From NCBI GenBank assembly GCA_963713865.1, contig OY970208.1, positions 2,659,047 through 2,723,046 of the forward strand: 64,000 nucleotides of DNA. Reading direction: 5' to 3'. The position numbers and the translations under genes were made by a program. Position 1 is the first letter of the stretch; each line of letters begins with the position of its first letter. The stretch is from an uncultured candidate division Zixibacteria bacterium. Its GTDB lineage: Bacteria; Zixibacteria; MSB-5A5; RBG-16-43-9. Below the pieces are notes generated by a model. It was not told the DNA's origin. It did no database searches and was given only the letters and a program-made list of their open reading frames with translations. This document shows, in pieces, positions 54,773 through 64,000 of this stretch.

Positions 54773-55013
54773 AGATTTAGTGAAGAGCCCTAAAAGATAA
54801 TGAGTAAGGAATCTATGGTAAGAGACAATAGAAAAAATAACTCAGAAGTCTCTGAAAAAGTGAAAGAGAGTGGTCAGGTAGGGATGCCCGACCTACGAAA
54901 AATCAATACTTTTTGCACTCGTAGGCCTCCTGCAATATGCGGGACAGCCATGTAAAACGAGTTTTTCAGAGATCTCACTCAAAGTTTAAAGCTTAAGAAA
55001 GGAGTCTTTTGAG

Positions 55014-55934
55014 ATGGTAATGATTGAAGAATCTACTGCGATATTGGAGCCTTCTCCTTTGCCTGATTTTGTAGAGACCAAAGCGATAAAAGGGATAACC
55101 GAACGTGCCTTAGCCTATATCAAAGCAGGGTTTCCAGTTCATTTCAGAGGGCCTTCTGGAACCGGAAAGACCAGTTTGGCTATGCATATTGCCAGCAAGA
55201 TCGGTCGACCGGTAGTAATGTTTCATGGGGATGAGGAGTTAACAACCTCGGATCTGATCGGTGCGGAATCTGGTATTAAAAGGAGAAAATTCGTGGACCA
55301 GTACGTATCGCGGGTTTATAAATTAGAGGAAAATACCCAAAAAAGCTGGATAGATAATCGTCTTACAGTTGCCTGTAAACATGGATTGACCCTGATCTAT
55401 GACGAGTTCACCCGCTCCAGGCCAGAAGCGAATAACGTTTTGCTTCCCATCTTACAGGAGAAAATGATTAATCTCCCTGCAGCCAGGGGGGAGGAAAGTT
55501 ACCTGAAAGTTCATCCGAATTTCTGTGCAATCTTCACCAGCAATCCGGAGGAGTATGCAGGCGTTCATAAAGGCGCGGATGCTTTACGAGACAGGATGAT
55601 TACTATAGATCTGGATCATTTTGATAAGGAGACTGAAATCGCCATAACTAAAGCTAAATCCAACGGTCTAAATCTCAAAGGAGTGGAAAAAATAGTCAAT
55701 GTGGTCAGAGGTTTAAGGGCACAGGGAACATGTGAGTTTGCTCCCACGGTTCGGGCATGTGTTATGATTGGCAGGACCCTTCAGGTTAAGAATCTTCCAG
55801 TCAGCGCTAAAAATGAAGAGTTTGTCAAAATCTGTGAGGACATCCTGGCTTCTGAGACCTCAAGAATTGGCAGGAAAAGCAAACGGGAGAAGGTCAAAGC
55901 CACGGTGAGACGTTTGATCTTAAAATATTGCTAA
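55014..55934 (+). CDS. gvpN: Gas vesicle AAA+ ATPase
   Basis: PVHFRGPSGTGKT, YDEFTRSRPEANN, FTSNPEEYAGVH, DALRDR. Confidence 0.95.
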   Translation: MVMIEESTAILEPSPLPDFVETKAIKGITERALAYIKAGFPVHFRGPSGTGKTSLAMHIASKIGRPVVMFHGDEELTTSDLIGAESGIKRRKFVDQYVSRVYKLEENTQKSWIDNRLTVACKHGLTLIYDEFTRSRPEANNVLLPILQEKMINLPAARGEESYLKVHPNFCAIFTSNPEEYAGVHKGADALRDRMITIDLDHFDKETEIAITKAKSNGLNLKGVEKIVNVVRGLRAQGTCEFAPTVRACVMIGRTLQVKNLPVSAKNEEFVKICEDILASETSRIGRKSKREKVKATVRRLILKYC

Positions 55935-56039
55935 ATGTAGAAAATTTGGAGTGCGAAAGCTTGCTTTCGCGATTTGAAAACCGCACCAGCCTCAAGGTCA
56001 AATTCGACAAGCTGGTGCTCTCCAGGAAGGGTGTAAAAA

Positions 56040-56258
56040 GTGACTCTAATGCGAACATTATCCAGAGTGGATGAAAAGGGGAAGATAACTTTTCCCAATA
56101 ATATTTGCCTCGAAGCCGGGCTTAAGCCTGGTCAATTGGTTGAGCTTAAGATCGTTGGAGCCAGCTCAGGAAAGAAAGTCTTGGTGTCACCAAAAAGACA
56201 GGGTGTGGATAAGCCTTTTAAAAAGTTGAATTATGTTTCTATCTTTAAGAGGAGGTGA
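56040..56258 (+). CDS. AbrB/MazE-type DNA-binding protein
   Basis: SRVDEKGKITFP...GLKPGQLVEL. Confidence 0.7.
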   Translation: MTLMRTLSRVDEKGKITFPNNICLEAGLKPGQLVELKIVGASSGKKVLVSPKRQGVDKPFKKLNYVSIFKRR

Positions 56259-56626
56259 AAAAGACTATGCCTAATATCCCCGGGATAGAGGAGATAAAAA
56301 CTCTAAAACCTAACAGCTCACGTTCTATGCCTCCTCATATGAACCAACCTTACATCGATATGTTCATGATGAGGAAAGAGAAGGAGAGATTGGAGAAAGA
56401 GGGAATAAGATTGAACAGCAGAATAGAGTCGGTTATCGGGCGGTTAAAAGAAATCGAAAAGGAAATGACAAAATTGGAGAAGAGGGATAAAAAAATTCAA
56501 AAGAAAAGGAGATTCGACTGGGATAAAGTCTGGATGGAGATGAAAGATGAAACTAACCAGGAAGAGTCGGAGAAGCCCAAAATCGAAACAGGATGGAAAA
56601 TTAAAAATTTAAGAAAAAAGAGCTGA
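56255..56626 (+). CDS. Coiled-coil gas-vesicle-cluster protein
   Basis: YIDMFMMRKEKERLEKE coiled coil; cluster context. Confidence 0.6.
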   Translation: MKKTMPNIPGIEEIKTLKPNSSRSMPPHMNQPYIDMFMMRKEKERLEKEGIRLNSRIESVIGRLKEIEKEMTKLEKRDKKIQKKRRFDWDKVWMEMKDETNQEESEKPKIETGWKIKNLRKKS

Positions 56627-56701
56627 GAGTTCTAACTCACCAATCCAGGAGATAGTATAAATGCAGTAAAGAGGGACTCAATCATGTAATTTAAAAAAGC
56701 T

Positions 56702-56875
56702 ATGGATGAACAAAGACTGAAAGAAAAAATTAGAGACTGTGAGCTCAAAATAAGTGACATGGAACAGCAGGTTTTCTTATTGAAAATGAAGATTGAAAAA
56801 GAAAAACAAATCCTAAAAAAATACCAGGGAAGTTTTGAGAACCGAAACTATGTGGCGATAAAGGAGAGGTTTTAA
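56702..56875 (+). CDS. Small coiled-coil protein (57 aa, not in ORF track)
   Basis: MDEQRLKEKIRDCELKISDMEQQ...KERF*, stop abuts next ATG. Confidence 0.5.
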   Translation: MDEQRLKEKIRDCELKISDMEQQVFLLKMKIEKEKQILKKYQGSFENRNYVAIKERF

Positions 56876-57421
56876 ATGGATAAAAAGAAGAAAAAAACAG
56901 AGGAAAAGGCTGGATTTGATATCGATTTGGGTGCTGGAGAACTTAACCTCGGAGGAGTATTTAAAGGAATAGGTAATTTGATCGACTTGGCTACTAAATT
57001 ACAACAGGAAGGGAAATCGGAATTTTCTCGCACCGGTGAGATAAAAGGTCTAGGTACCAAAGGGGTGAAAGGAGTCTACGGTTTCTCTGTAAAACTGGGG
57101 GGACTTGGGGGTGAGTCACCCCAGGTTGAAACTTTTGGAAACATCAAAAAGGATGAAAAGGGAGCTCCGGTAGTGGATGAGGTCAGAGAACCATTGGTGG
57201 ATCTTTTTGATGAGTCCAACAAAATAATAATTGTTGCTGAAATACCGGGAGTGGAGGAGGAAAAGATAAAAATAGAAGTAAAAGGTGACATTTTAGAACT
57301 TAACGCAGTGAATTCAGATAAGAAATATCACAAAGAGATTCTTTTACCTTCGAAAGTTAAAAAGGAGTCAGTTCGTTCAACTTACAAAAACGGAGTTTTG
57401 GAGATCACGCTAACCAAATAA
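56876..57421 (+). CDS. Hsp20/alpha-crystallin protein (GvpH-like)
   Basis: KGVYGFSVK, ETFGNI, REPLVDLFDE, AEIPGV, YKNGVLEI. Confidence 0.85.
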   Translation: MDKKKKKTEEKAGFDIDLGAGELNLGGVFKGIGNLIDLATKLQQEGKSEFSRTGEIKGLGTKGVKGVYGFSVKLGGLGGESPQVETFGNIKKDEKGAPVVDEVREPLVDLFDESNKIIIVAEIPGVEEEKIKIEVKGDILELNAVNSDKKYHKEILLPSKVKKESVRSTYKNGVLEITLTK

Positions 57422-57617
57422 AGTTGGCGGGTTTTGGAATTTTTTAGGTTAGAGATCGATGGAGGAAATTCAATTCCTGCGGATGGGTTCAAAAACAATG
57501 TCTTTCTTCACCAATTTTTGGTTTTTAGAAAAGGTATTAGTCCTAAGAAAAGTTAAATCCAGAGAAAAAAGAAGAAGGAAAGGAAGATAGAGCAAGAAAA
57601 TCTTTAGGGGAGGAAAT

Positions 57618-59800
57618 GTGGCAATCGATAAAACTGGTTCACTTAGCCTGAAAGTACAGGAAGCGTTTACCAAGGATGTAGGAAGAGTGATCGCCAGAAT
57701 AGATCCGGAAGATATGAAAATTATAGGGGCACAGGTAGGTGACATTATCCAGATTTCAGGGGAACGAAAAACTGTGGCTAAGGTTATGCCCGCCTATATG
57801 GAGGATAGGGGTAAAAAGATTATCCAGATAGATGGGATAACCAGGGAAAATGCTAAGGTGGGCTTAGACGAGAAGGTGAACATTCAAAAAGCTTCACATA
57901 GACCTGCTTTAAAAATAGTTCTATCTCCCCTCTCTTTTGTTGGACCAGTGGGAAAAGATAAAGATACCAGATATATTGGAAGACTTCTGGAAGGGATCCC
58001 TTTGGTTGAGGGAGACAGGGTAAGGGCGAGCCTTTTTGGAACCCGGTCACAGGATTTTGTAGTCTTGGATACTCATCCGCCTAAAGAGGTAGTTTTGATC
58101 CAGCCCACCACCTCCATCAGAATAAAGTCAGAGGAAGCAACTGAGGAAAAAGGACTTAAAGTGTCTTATGAAGATATTGGTGGTCTGCACAAGGAGATTC
58201 AAAGAATAAGAGAAATGATCGAGCTTCCCTTAAAATATCCTCAGATCTTCCAGAGATTGGGTATAGATGCACCTAAAGGGGTATTACTTCACGGTCCTCC
58301 TGGATGTGGAAAGACCCTGATTGCAAGAGCAGTTGCCAATGAGACTGATGCCTACTTTGTTCATATATCGGGGCCTGAGGTTATGGGTAAATTCTACGGT
58401 GAGAGCGAGGCAAGATTAAGAGCGGTATTTGAGGAGGGTTCAGCTAATGCTCCCTCAATAGTCTTTATCGATGAGATAGATGCCATCGCTCCTAAAAGAG
58501 AGGAGATGGGTGGCGAAAGACAGGTGGAGAGAAGAGTTGTGGCTCAGCTTCTGGCATTGATGGATGGTTTAGAGTCCAGAGGTCAGGTTATTGTCATAGG
58601 GGCAACCAACATCCCTAACACATTGGATCCAGCCTTGCGAAGACCTGGCAGATTTGACCGGGAGATCACTATTGGAATTCCAGATAAAAAAGGAAGGCTG
58701 GAGATATTGAATATTTATACCCGTGGTATGCCCTTAGCAAAAGACGTGGACTTGGAAAAATTAGCTGAGATCACCCATGGTTTTGTAGGAGCGGATTTAG
58801 AGGCTTTATGCCGGGAAGCGGCGATGTCGGCTTTAAGGAAGATTTTTCCAAAGATAGATTTTCAGTTGGATGAAATCCCGTATGAATTGATTCTCCAGTT
58901 AGAGGTTAGTATGGAAAACTTCTTTGAAGCATTAAAAGAGGTAGAGCCTTCAGCCACGAGAGAGGTTTTCGTAGAGATTCCCGAGGTGAAATGGGAGGAG
59001 GTAGGAGGTTTGGATGATATCAAACAAAAGCTTAAAGAATCTGTTGAATGGCCATTGAAATACCCTCACCTGTTCGAGAAAGCAAAGACTAATCCACCTA
59101 AAGGCATTTTGATCTATGGTTCCCCGGGAACCGGGAAAACACTCTTGGCTAAAGCTGTGGCTAACGAGAGTGGGATTAATTTTATCCCCATCAAAGGCCC
59201 TGCTCTGATGTCGAAATACATTGGGGAGAGCGAAAGAGCGGTGAGAGAAGCCTTTAAAAAGGCCAAGCAAGCTTCTCCCTGTATCCTCTTCTTCGACGAG
59301 ATCGATGCCGTAACTCCGGTGAGGGGGGAGGGGTAAGTGATGCTCACGTTTCCGAGCGGGTGATCAGCCAATTCTTAACAGAGATGGATGGAATAGAGGA
59401 GTTGAAAGGCGTGATAGTTCTTGCAGCTACCAATCGTTTGGACATACTGGATCCAGCACTTCTCCGTGCGGGGAGGTTTGATCTTCTATTGGAACTACCT
59501 GTTCCGAATGAAAAAACGAGACTGGAGATCTTTAAAATTCACACCCAGGGAAAACCATTAGCCCGGGAGGTGGATTTAAAAGCCTTAGCCCATACAACCG
59601 ACAACTGCGTTGGATCGGATATCGAATTTATCTGCCGCAGGGCATCTCTCTCTGCTATTCGGGATTATGTGGGAAAGGAAAAGTCCGAAGGATCCTCCGC
59701 CAAAGTCGGGGGGAAAAATTACTCTAATTTTGAGATCAAAGCCAGTCACTTTAATCAAGCCATTAAGGAGATGGCTGAAAGAAAGGGGGGAGTAAAGTGA
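57618..59800 (+). CDS. CDC48/VCP-family double AAA+ ATPase, frameshift in G-run near 59330
   Basis: N-domain, GPPGCGKT and [13 protein letters not shown] twice, ALRRPGRFD and ALLRAGRFD. Confidence 0.92.
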
Positions 59801-59976
59801 AGAATAATGCCCTAAAGTTCTGGGGAGTTGTTTTGTTTGTAGTGGGCATACTTTTCCTTTTGAGCAACTATGCGTTGATAATACCACAGACGCTGAGTAA
59901 ATTGTGGCCCGTGGTCTTATTGGGGATCGGATTAAAACTATTTTTTACTAAAGGAGAACAGGTTAGCCGGGCATAA
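59797..59976 (+). CDS. Small two-TM protein (DUF5668/LiaI-LiaF TM-like, 59 aa, not in ORF track)
   Basis: FWGVVLFVVGILFLLSN...KLWPVVLLGIG. Confidence 0.65.
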   Translation: MKNNALKFWGVVLFVVGILFLLSNYALIIPQTLSKLWPVVLLGIGLKLFFTKGEQVSRA

Positions 59977-60071
59977 AATCCAGGTTACTTTAGCCCTGTT
60001 CATTTCTGGGAAGGATGCCTTGGAAAGCATCCTTCCCCACAGAAAAAACAATCGTATCGAGAGGCAGTCAG

Positions 60072-61223
60072 ATGAATGAACACAGTTCGATTTCTCTCAC
60101 TATCCCTGAGTGGTTCGACTTCACTCACCACCCTGAGCCAATCGAAGGGCAAGGTCGAAGGGAAGGAAGATATATTTATGGAATAATCCAAACAAATGAA
60201 AAGAAAAACTTCTGTTCAATTGGATTAAATGATCCTGGAAAAGAGGTGTATACAGTTCCATACAAGGATATCAGTGCGGTGGTCAGCGATTCACCGATTA
60301 TAGCATACGATTCAATGACAAAAGACCGGGTGGTCAAGGATCTTTTTTCCCACCAGTGGGTTATCGAAAAAATTATGAAGGACCATACTATCATTCCCAT
60401 GAAATTCGGAACATTTGTTGAAAAAGAAGAGGAAGTTTTTGAGATTTTGAAAAAGGGTTTTAAACAGTTTAAAGAGACTTTTAGCTTAATAAACAACAAA
60501 ATAGAATTAGATTTGGTAGCTTTATGGAATAAAGAGATAATTTTCAAAGAGATTGCAGGGGAGAGGGAAATTAAAGTGCTTAAAGAAAAGATTGCCAGCG
60601 ATCCGGCTGATCCACAACTCGATGACCGAATAAAATTAGGCAGAATGGTCGAAAAGTCTCTGAAGAAAAAAAACCTCGAGTATGCAGAAGAAATCCTGGG
60701 AGCTTTAAAGAAAAAAACTTTTGATTTTTGCACCCACGATACCTTGGATAACATCATGATATTAAACTCCTCTTTTCTATTAGATAGAAACGGAGAAAAA
60801 GATTTCGATAAAAAGTTAAATGAACTGGATGAAAAATATGAAAAGAAGATTAACTTCAGATGTGTGGGACCCTTACCCCCCTACAGCTTTTGTACCATAG
60901 AGGTGAAAAAACTGCAATTTGAGGAAATCGATAAAGCAAGGAGGTTATTGGGATTGGGGGAAGAAATTACCCGCTCCGACATCAAAAATGCTCACCGCAA
61001 ACTGGCCTTTAAGTATCATCCGGATAAAAATCCTGAGGAAGCCCCTTTTGACAAAAATTTCAATGAGCTGACCAAATCTTATAAGCTCTTACTCGAGTAT
61101 TGTCAATCCGATCTCACGGCACAGAATACGTGCCGATGCTCCCTGCGAAAGGAAAACGTTGAGAACTCCATCCTGATTAAAATCCTGAAAATGGTGGAGG
61201 AGCCGGGAAGGAAGAGATATTGA
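60072..61223 (+). CDS. GvpL/GvpF family protein fused to a C-terminal J domain
   Basis: YIYGII, IPMKFGT, GPLPPYSF; then LLGL...IKNAHRKLAFKYHPDKN (HPD motif). Confidence 0.9.
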   Translation: MNEHSSISLTIPEWFDFTHHPEPIEGQGRREGRYIYGIIQTNEKKNFCSIGLNDPGKEVYTVPYKDISAVVSDSPIIAYDSMTKDRVVKDLFSHQWVIEKIMKDHTIIPMKFGTFVEKEEEVFEILKKGFKQFKETFSLINNKIELDLVALWNKEIIFKEIAGEREIKVLKEKIASDPADPQLDDRIKLGRMVEKSLKKKNLEYAEEILGALKKKTFDFCTHDTLDNIMILNSSFLLDRNGEKDFDKKLNELDEKYEKKINFRCVGPLPPYSFCTIEVKKLQFEEIDKARRLLGLGEEITRSDIKNAHRKLAFKYHPDKNPEEAPFDKNFNELTKSYKLLLEYCQSDLTAQNTCRCSLRKENVENSILIKILKMVEEPGRKRY

Positions 61224-61837
61224 GAAAACTGATCTATGCTCCGGTGATCCATACTGAGGCGGATATGGGCTCAGTAGCCGAGCCGTTAAAAAACGAATAT
61301 ATCAAAAGGTATGGTCTGAAAAGATGGGATGAACATATTGAAGCGATCAACAGCATGTGGCAGGGGATAAGACAAAAGATATTCGACTCAGGATTGGATT
61401 ACAGCAAGACAAAAGTTTATCAGGATGGACTGCCGGTTTGTAACAAAGAATTAGCCATAGCTTTTGATTTGGCTCAAGCAGGCAATGAAAACTTCAAGAT
61501 AATTTTTGAATTAGTTCAACGGGGAGCGAAGCTGGTAGGGACTGAGGATCCGGATCTGCTTTTAGAAGAGTACAGCTATATCAAAGCCGTTACCAAAATT
61601 GATAACTTAGAAGAAAAAGAAAAAGCCATCAGAAACTACGAAAAAAAAGCTTTGGATATACTCAAGCGAAGGGATGAATACATTGCTAACCGGATAAATC
61701 GAACGTTAATCGAGGGAGAAACTGGGATTCTTTTCATAGGGCTTAAACACAAAGTGGATGAAAAATTGTCCAAAGATATAGAAGTCAGTTATCTGATCTA
61801 TCGACTGCCATTTAAAGAAAGCTGTAAAAAATGGTGA
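61220..61837 (+). CDS. Conserved hypothetical protein in gas vesicle cluster
   Basis: IHTEADMGS, YQDGLPVC, GTEDPDLL, RDEYIA, GILFIG. Confidence 0.7.
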   Translation: MRKLIYAPVIHTEADMGSVAEPLKNEYIKRYGLKRWDEHIEAINSMWQGIRQKIFDSGLDYSKTKVYQDGLPVCNKELAIAFDLAQAGNENFKIIFELVQRGAKLVGTEDPDLLLEEYSYIKAVTKIDNLEEKEKAIRNYEKKALDILKRRDEYIANRINRTLIEGETGILFIGLKHKVDEKLSKDIEVSYLIYRLPFKESCKKW

Positions 61838-62376
61838 AGAATAGACGCCTTAAAGGGATCCATGATATCGTTACCACGGTTCATACGCTGAGAAGAAAAG
61901 ATAATGCTGTAATAGATGCCGGCGGTACAGGTTCAGGGGGTTTTGGTTCAGCAGACGAATCCCTAAAGAAGGTTAACCTGGTTAGTCCGCGTACCTGGGT
62001 CTTCTCCACTCGACCTAAATTTACCCGTCATCAAAAGCCAATTGAGAAATCGCTCCTGGTGGAAAAAGTCGAGGAACCGAAAGTTAATATCTTTGAGGAG
62101 ATAAAGGAGGTGGCAGTCCTGGCGGAGCTCCCCGGCGCAGAAAAGGATAACATTAATTGCAAAGTGAGAGATGACATTCTTTTTATATCGGCAGAGGCTA
62201 AAGATCAATGGGGAGCTAAAAAATATGAGAAGGAAGTCTTATTGCCTTTTATAGTCAGTCCGGGTAGTCTTGAAATTTCATATGAAAATCAAATCTTAGA
62301 GATTAAACTGAAAAGAGAGGAAAAGAGGAAGAGCAAAAGGAGGAGAAAAAATGAAACCCACTATTTTGATAGTTGA
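61831..62376 (+). CDS. Second Hsp20-family protein
   Basis: AELPGAEK, YEKEVLLP, YENQILEI. Confidence 0.8.
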   Translation: MVKNRRLKGIHDIVTTVHTLRRKDNAVIDAGGTGSGGFGSADESLKKVNLVSPRTWVFSTRPKFTRHQKPIEKSLLVEKVEEPKVNIFEEIKEVAVLAELPGAEKDNINCKVRDDILFISAEAKDQWGAKKYEKEVLLPFIVSPGSLEISYENQILEIKLKREEKRKSKRRRKNETHYFDS

Positions 62377-62725
62377 TGATGAAATAGAGATATGTGAACT
62401 TTTTCAAGATGTTCTAACCCAGGAGGGTTATAAGGTATTTACCGCCACGAACGGGTTAGAGGCGGTATCTTTAGGAAAACAAAATAGACTTGATCTGGCT
62501 CTCCTGGACCTAAAGATGCCCGGGATGGACGGAATAGAAACGTTACATGAGTTAAGAAAGTTTAAAAAGGACCTGGAGGTGATCGTCCTGACCGGTTACG
62601 GAACCTTAAATGCGGCTAAGGAAGCGATGAAACTGGGCGCTTATGATTTTCTAACTAAACCATTTGATTTGAGGTTAGTAAAAAACATCATCCAACAAGC
62701 ACTGGAAAGGAAAAAAGAGGGATAA
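62351..62725 (+). CDS. Response regulator receiver protein
   Basis: ILIVDDE, LLDLKMPGMDG, LTGYG, LTKPF. Confidence 0.92.
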   Translation: MKPTILIVDDEIEICELFQDVLTQEGYKVFTATNGLEAVSLGKQNRLDLALLDLKMPGMDGIETLHELRKFKKDLEVIVLTGYGTLNAAKEAMKLGAYDFLTKPFDLRLVKNIIQQALERKKEG

Positions 62726-62727
62726 AG

Positions 62728-63537
62728 GTGGTTGTGGATAGTAAACCTAAAGAAGGCATATATATTTATTGCGTTATAGATTTTGAAGAGGGAAAACCGG
62801 AAAAAAGCTTCGGTCCCTTAGGCATAGGGGGGAAAGGGGATGAGGTGCGTTCACTAAGCTGTGAAGATGTCGCAGTGGTGATCAGCAGTTCCCCCATTAA
62901 GAAATATCCGGTCTCCAGAGAATACTGTTTAGCCCATGAACGGGCAATCGAGGCGGTGATGAAAGAAGGTTTTACGGTTCTGCCGGTGAGATATTGTACT
63001 ATTGCTGAGGACGAGGTGCAAGTTAAAATAATTTTAAAAAGAGATCATAAAAGATTCAAAGAGCTGCTTCAAAAAATGGAAAACAAGGTGGAGCTCGGGT
63101 TGAAAGCAGTATTTGATGAAAAGTTGATCTATCAGGATCTCCTGGCTAAAAACAAAGAGATCAGGCTAAGGAAAGAAAGGCTGACAAACAAACCTGTGGA
63201 GAAGACTTATGTTCAGCGAATCGAGCTGGGGAGGATAGTCGAAGCGGCGCTGAATGTGGAAAAGGAAGAGGCAAAAAATTTAGCACTGAAAACCTTGAAA
63301 GGATTGTCAGAAAATCACGTGGTCAATGATAACTACGGGGAGAGGATGTTTTTAAATGCTTCCTTCTTAGTAGACAAGGAAAAAGAGCAAGAATTTAGCA
63401 AGAAGGTAGACGATTTAAATGAGAGGTTCGGGCAGAGGGTGAAGCTGAGGTATGTGGAGGGGATACCTCCATTTAATTTTGTCTGTTTGAAGATAGACCT
63501 GGAGGTAAAGGAGGTGGAGTTAGGTGTTGATCGTTGA
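62728..63537 (+). CDS. GvpL/GvpF family gas vesicle protein
   Basis: GIYIYCVI, AHERAIE, VLPVRY, FLNASFLV, PPFNFV. Confidence 0.9.
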   Translation: MVVDSKPKEGIYIYCVIDFEEGKPEKSFGPLGIGGKGDEVRSLSCEDVAVVISSSPIKKYPVSREYCLAHERAIEAVMKEGFTVLPVRYCTIAEDEVQVKIILKRDHKRFKELLQKMENKVELGLKAVFDEKLIYQDLLAKNKEIRLRKERLTNKPVEKTYVQRIELGRIVEAALNVEKEEAKNLALKTLKGLSENHVVNDNYGERMFLNASFLVDKEKEQEFSKKVDDLNERFGQRVKLRYVEGIPPFNFVCLKIDLEVKEVELGVDR

Positions 63538-63754
63538 CGATATACTGCTTTTACCCTTTAAGGGGCTTATGGGCGTTTTCAAAACCATTCATGATATGGC
63601 GAAAAAAGAGGTAAATGATGAAAAATATGCCTTGGAAAAATTGATGGAACTCCAGCTGCGCTACGAGATGGGCGAAATCAGCAAGGAGGAATATGAGAAA
63701 GAGGAGAATAAATTTCAAACAAAATTAAATGATATCAGAGAGGCTGAGAACTAA
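63524..63754 (+). CDS. gvpG: Gas vesicle protein GvpG
   Basis: DDILLLPFKGL...YEMGEISKEEYEKEE. Confidence 0.88.
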   Translation: MLIVDDILLLPFKGLMGVFKTIHDMAKKEVNDEKYALEKLMELQLRYEMGEISKEEYEKEENKFQTKLNDIREAEN

Positions 63755-63792
63755 GGTAGAATATAGCCACACTTTAAAAAGGAGTTAGCAAA

Positions 63793-64000
63793 ATGGAAGT
63801 AAACGTGTCGAAATTAATTAGACAAACGCGACAGGAATTAGCTGAGGCAACGGGGTTGAAGCTTTCCTCAACTCTTGGTGTTTCGAAAGATGACAAGGGC
63901 TGGCTTATCTCCGTGGAGATGATCGAGAAGAAATCGATTCCGGATGGAATGGACATCTTAGCAACCTACGAAGCCCGGGTAAACGATGAGGGTGAACTGT
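63793..64000 (+). CDS. gvpO: Gas vesicle protein GvpO family, 3'-partial (not in ORF track)
   Basis: GWLISVEMIEKKSIPDGMDILATYE...DEGEL. Confidence 0.85.
   Translation, partial: MEVNVSKLIRQTRQELAEATGLKLSSTLGVSKDDKGWLISVEMIEKKSIPDGMDILATYEARVNDEGEL

Overview
Bacterial chromosome segment, roughly 40-45% GC by eye. Taxonomy cannot be fixed from the window; gene style suggests an uncultured anaerobic lineage such as Zixibacteria, which is only an impression. Housekeeping genes (menA-like, glnS, gltX, asnA, four tRNAs) alternate with three accessory blocks. (1) A tandem array of cargo islets downstream of tRNA-Glu(CTC), each bounded by a partial tRNA-Glu copy, carrying amtB, a GH38 mannosidase with a sugar ABC transporter, and a pentapeptide/channel protein. 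(2) About 12 kb accreted downstream of tRNA-Ser(GCT). Three GIY-YIG nuclease genes or remnants each abut a palindrome and a tRNA-Ser 3' fragment. The block also holds an apparently self-contained sigma54 circuit: a giant kinase-NTPase-TPR-GAF-enhancer-binding protein, a correctly spaced -24/-12 promoter, a 70-aa secreted peptide, a degenerate AAA+ protein and a truncated WYL-family HTH regulator. (3) A gas vesicle cluster (gvpA, N, two L/F, G, O) rich in chaperone genes, running off the window end. A Type III restriction-modification pair with a disrupted Mod is also present. Many genes are split by single-base indels, which points to assembly error rather than true pseudogenes. No CRISPR array, rRNA, intact integrase or transposase was seen.
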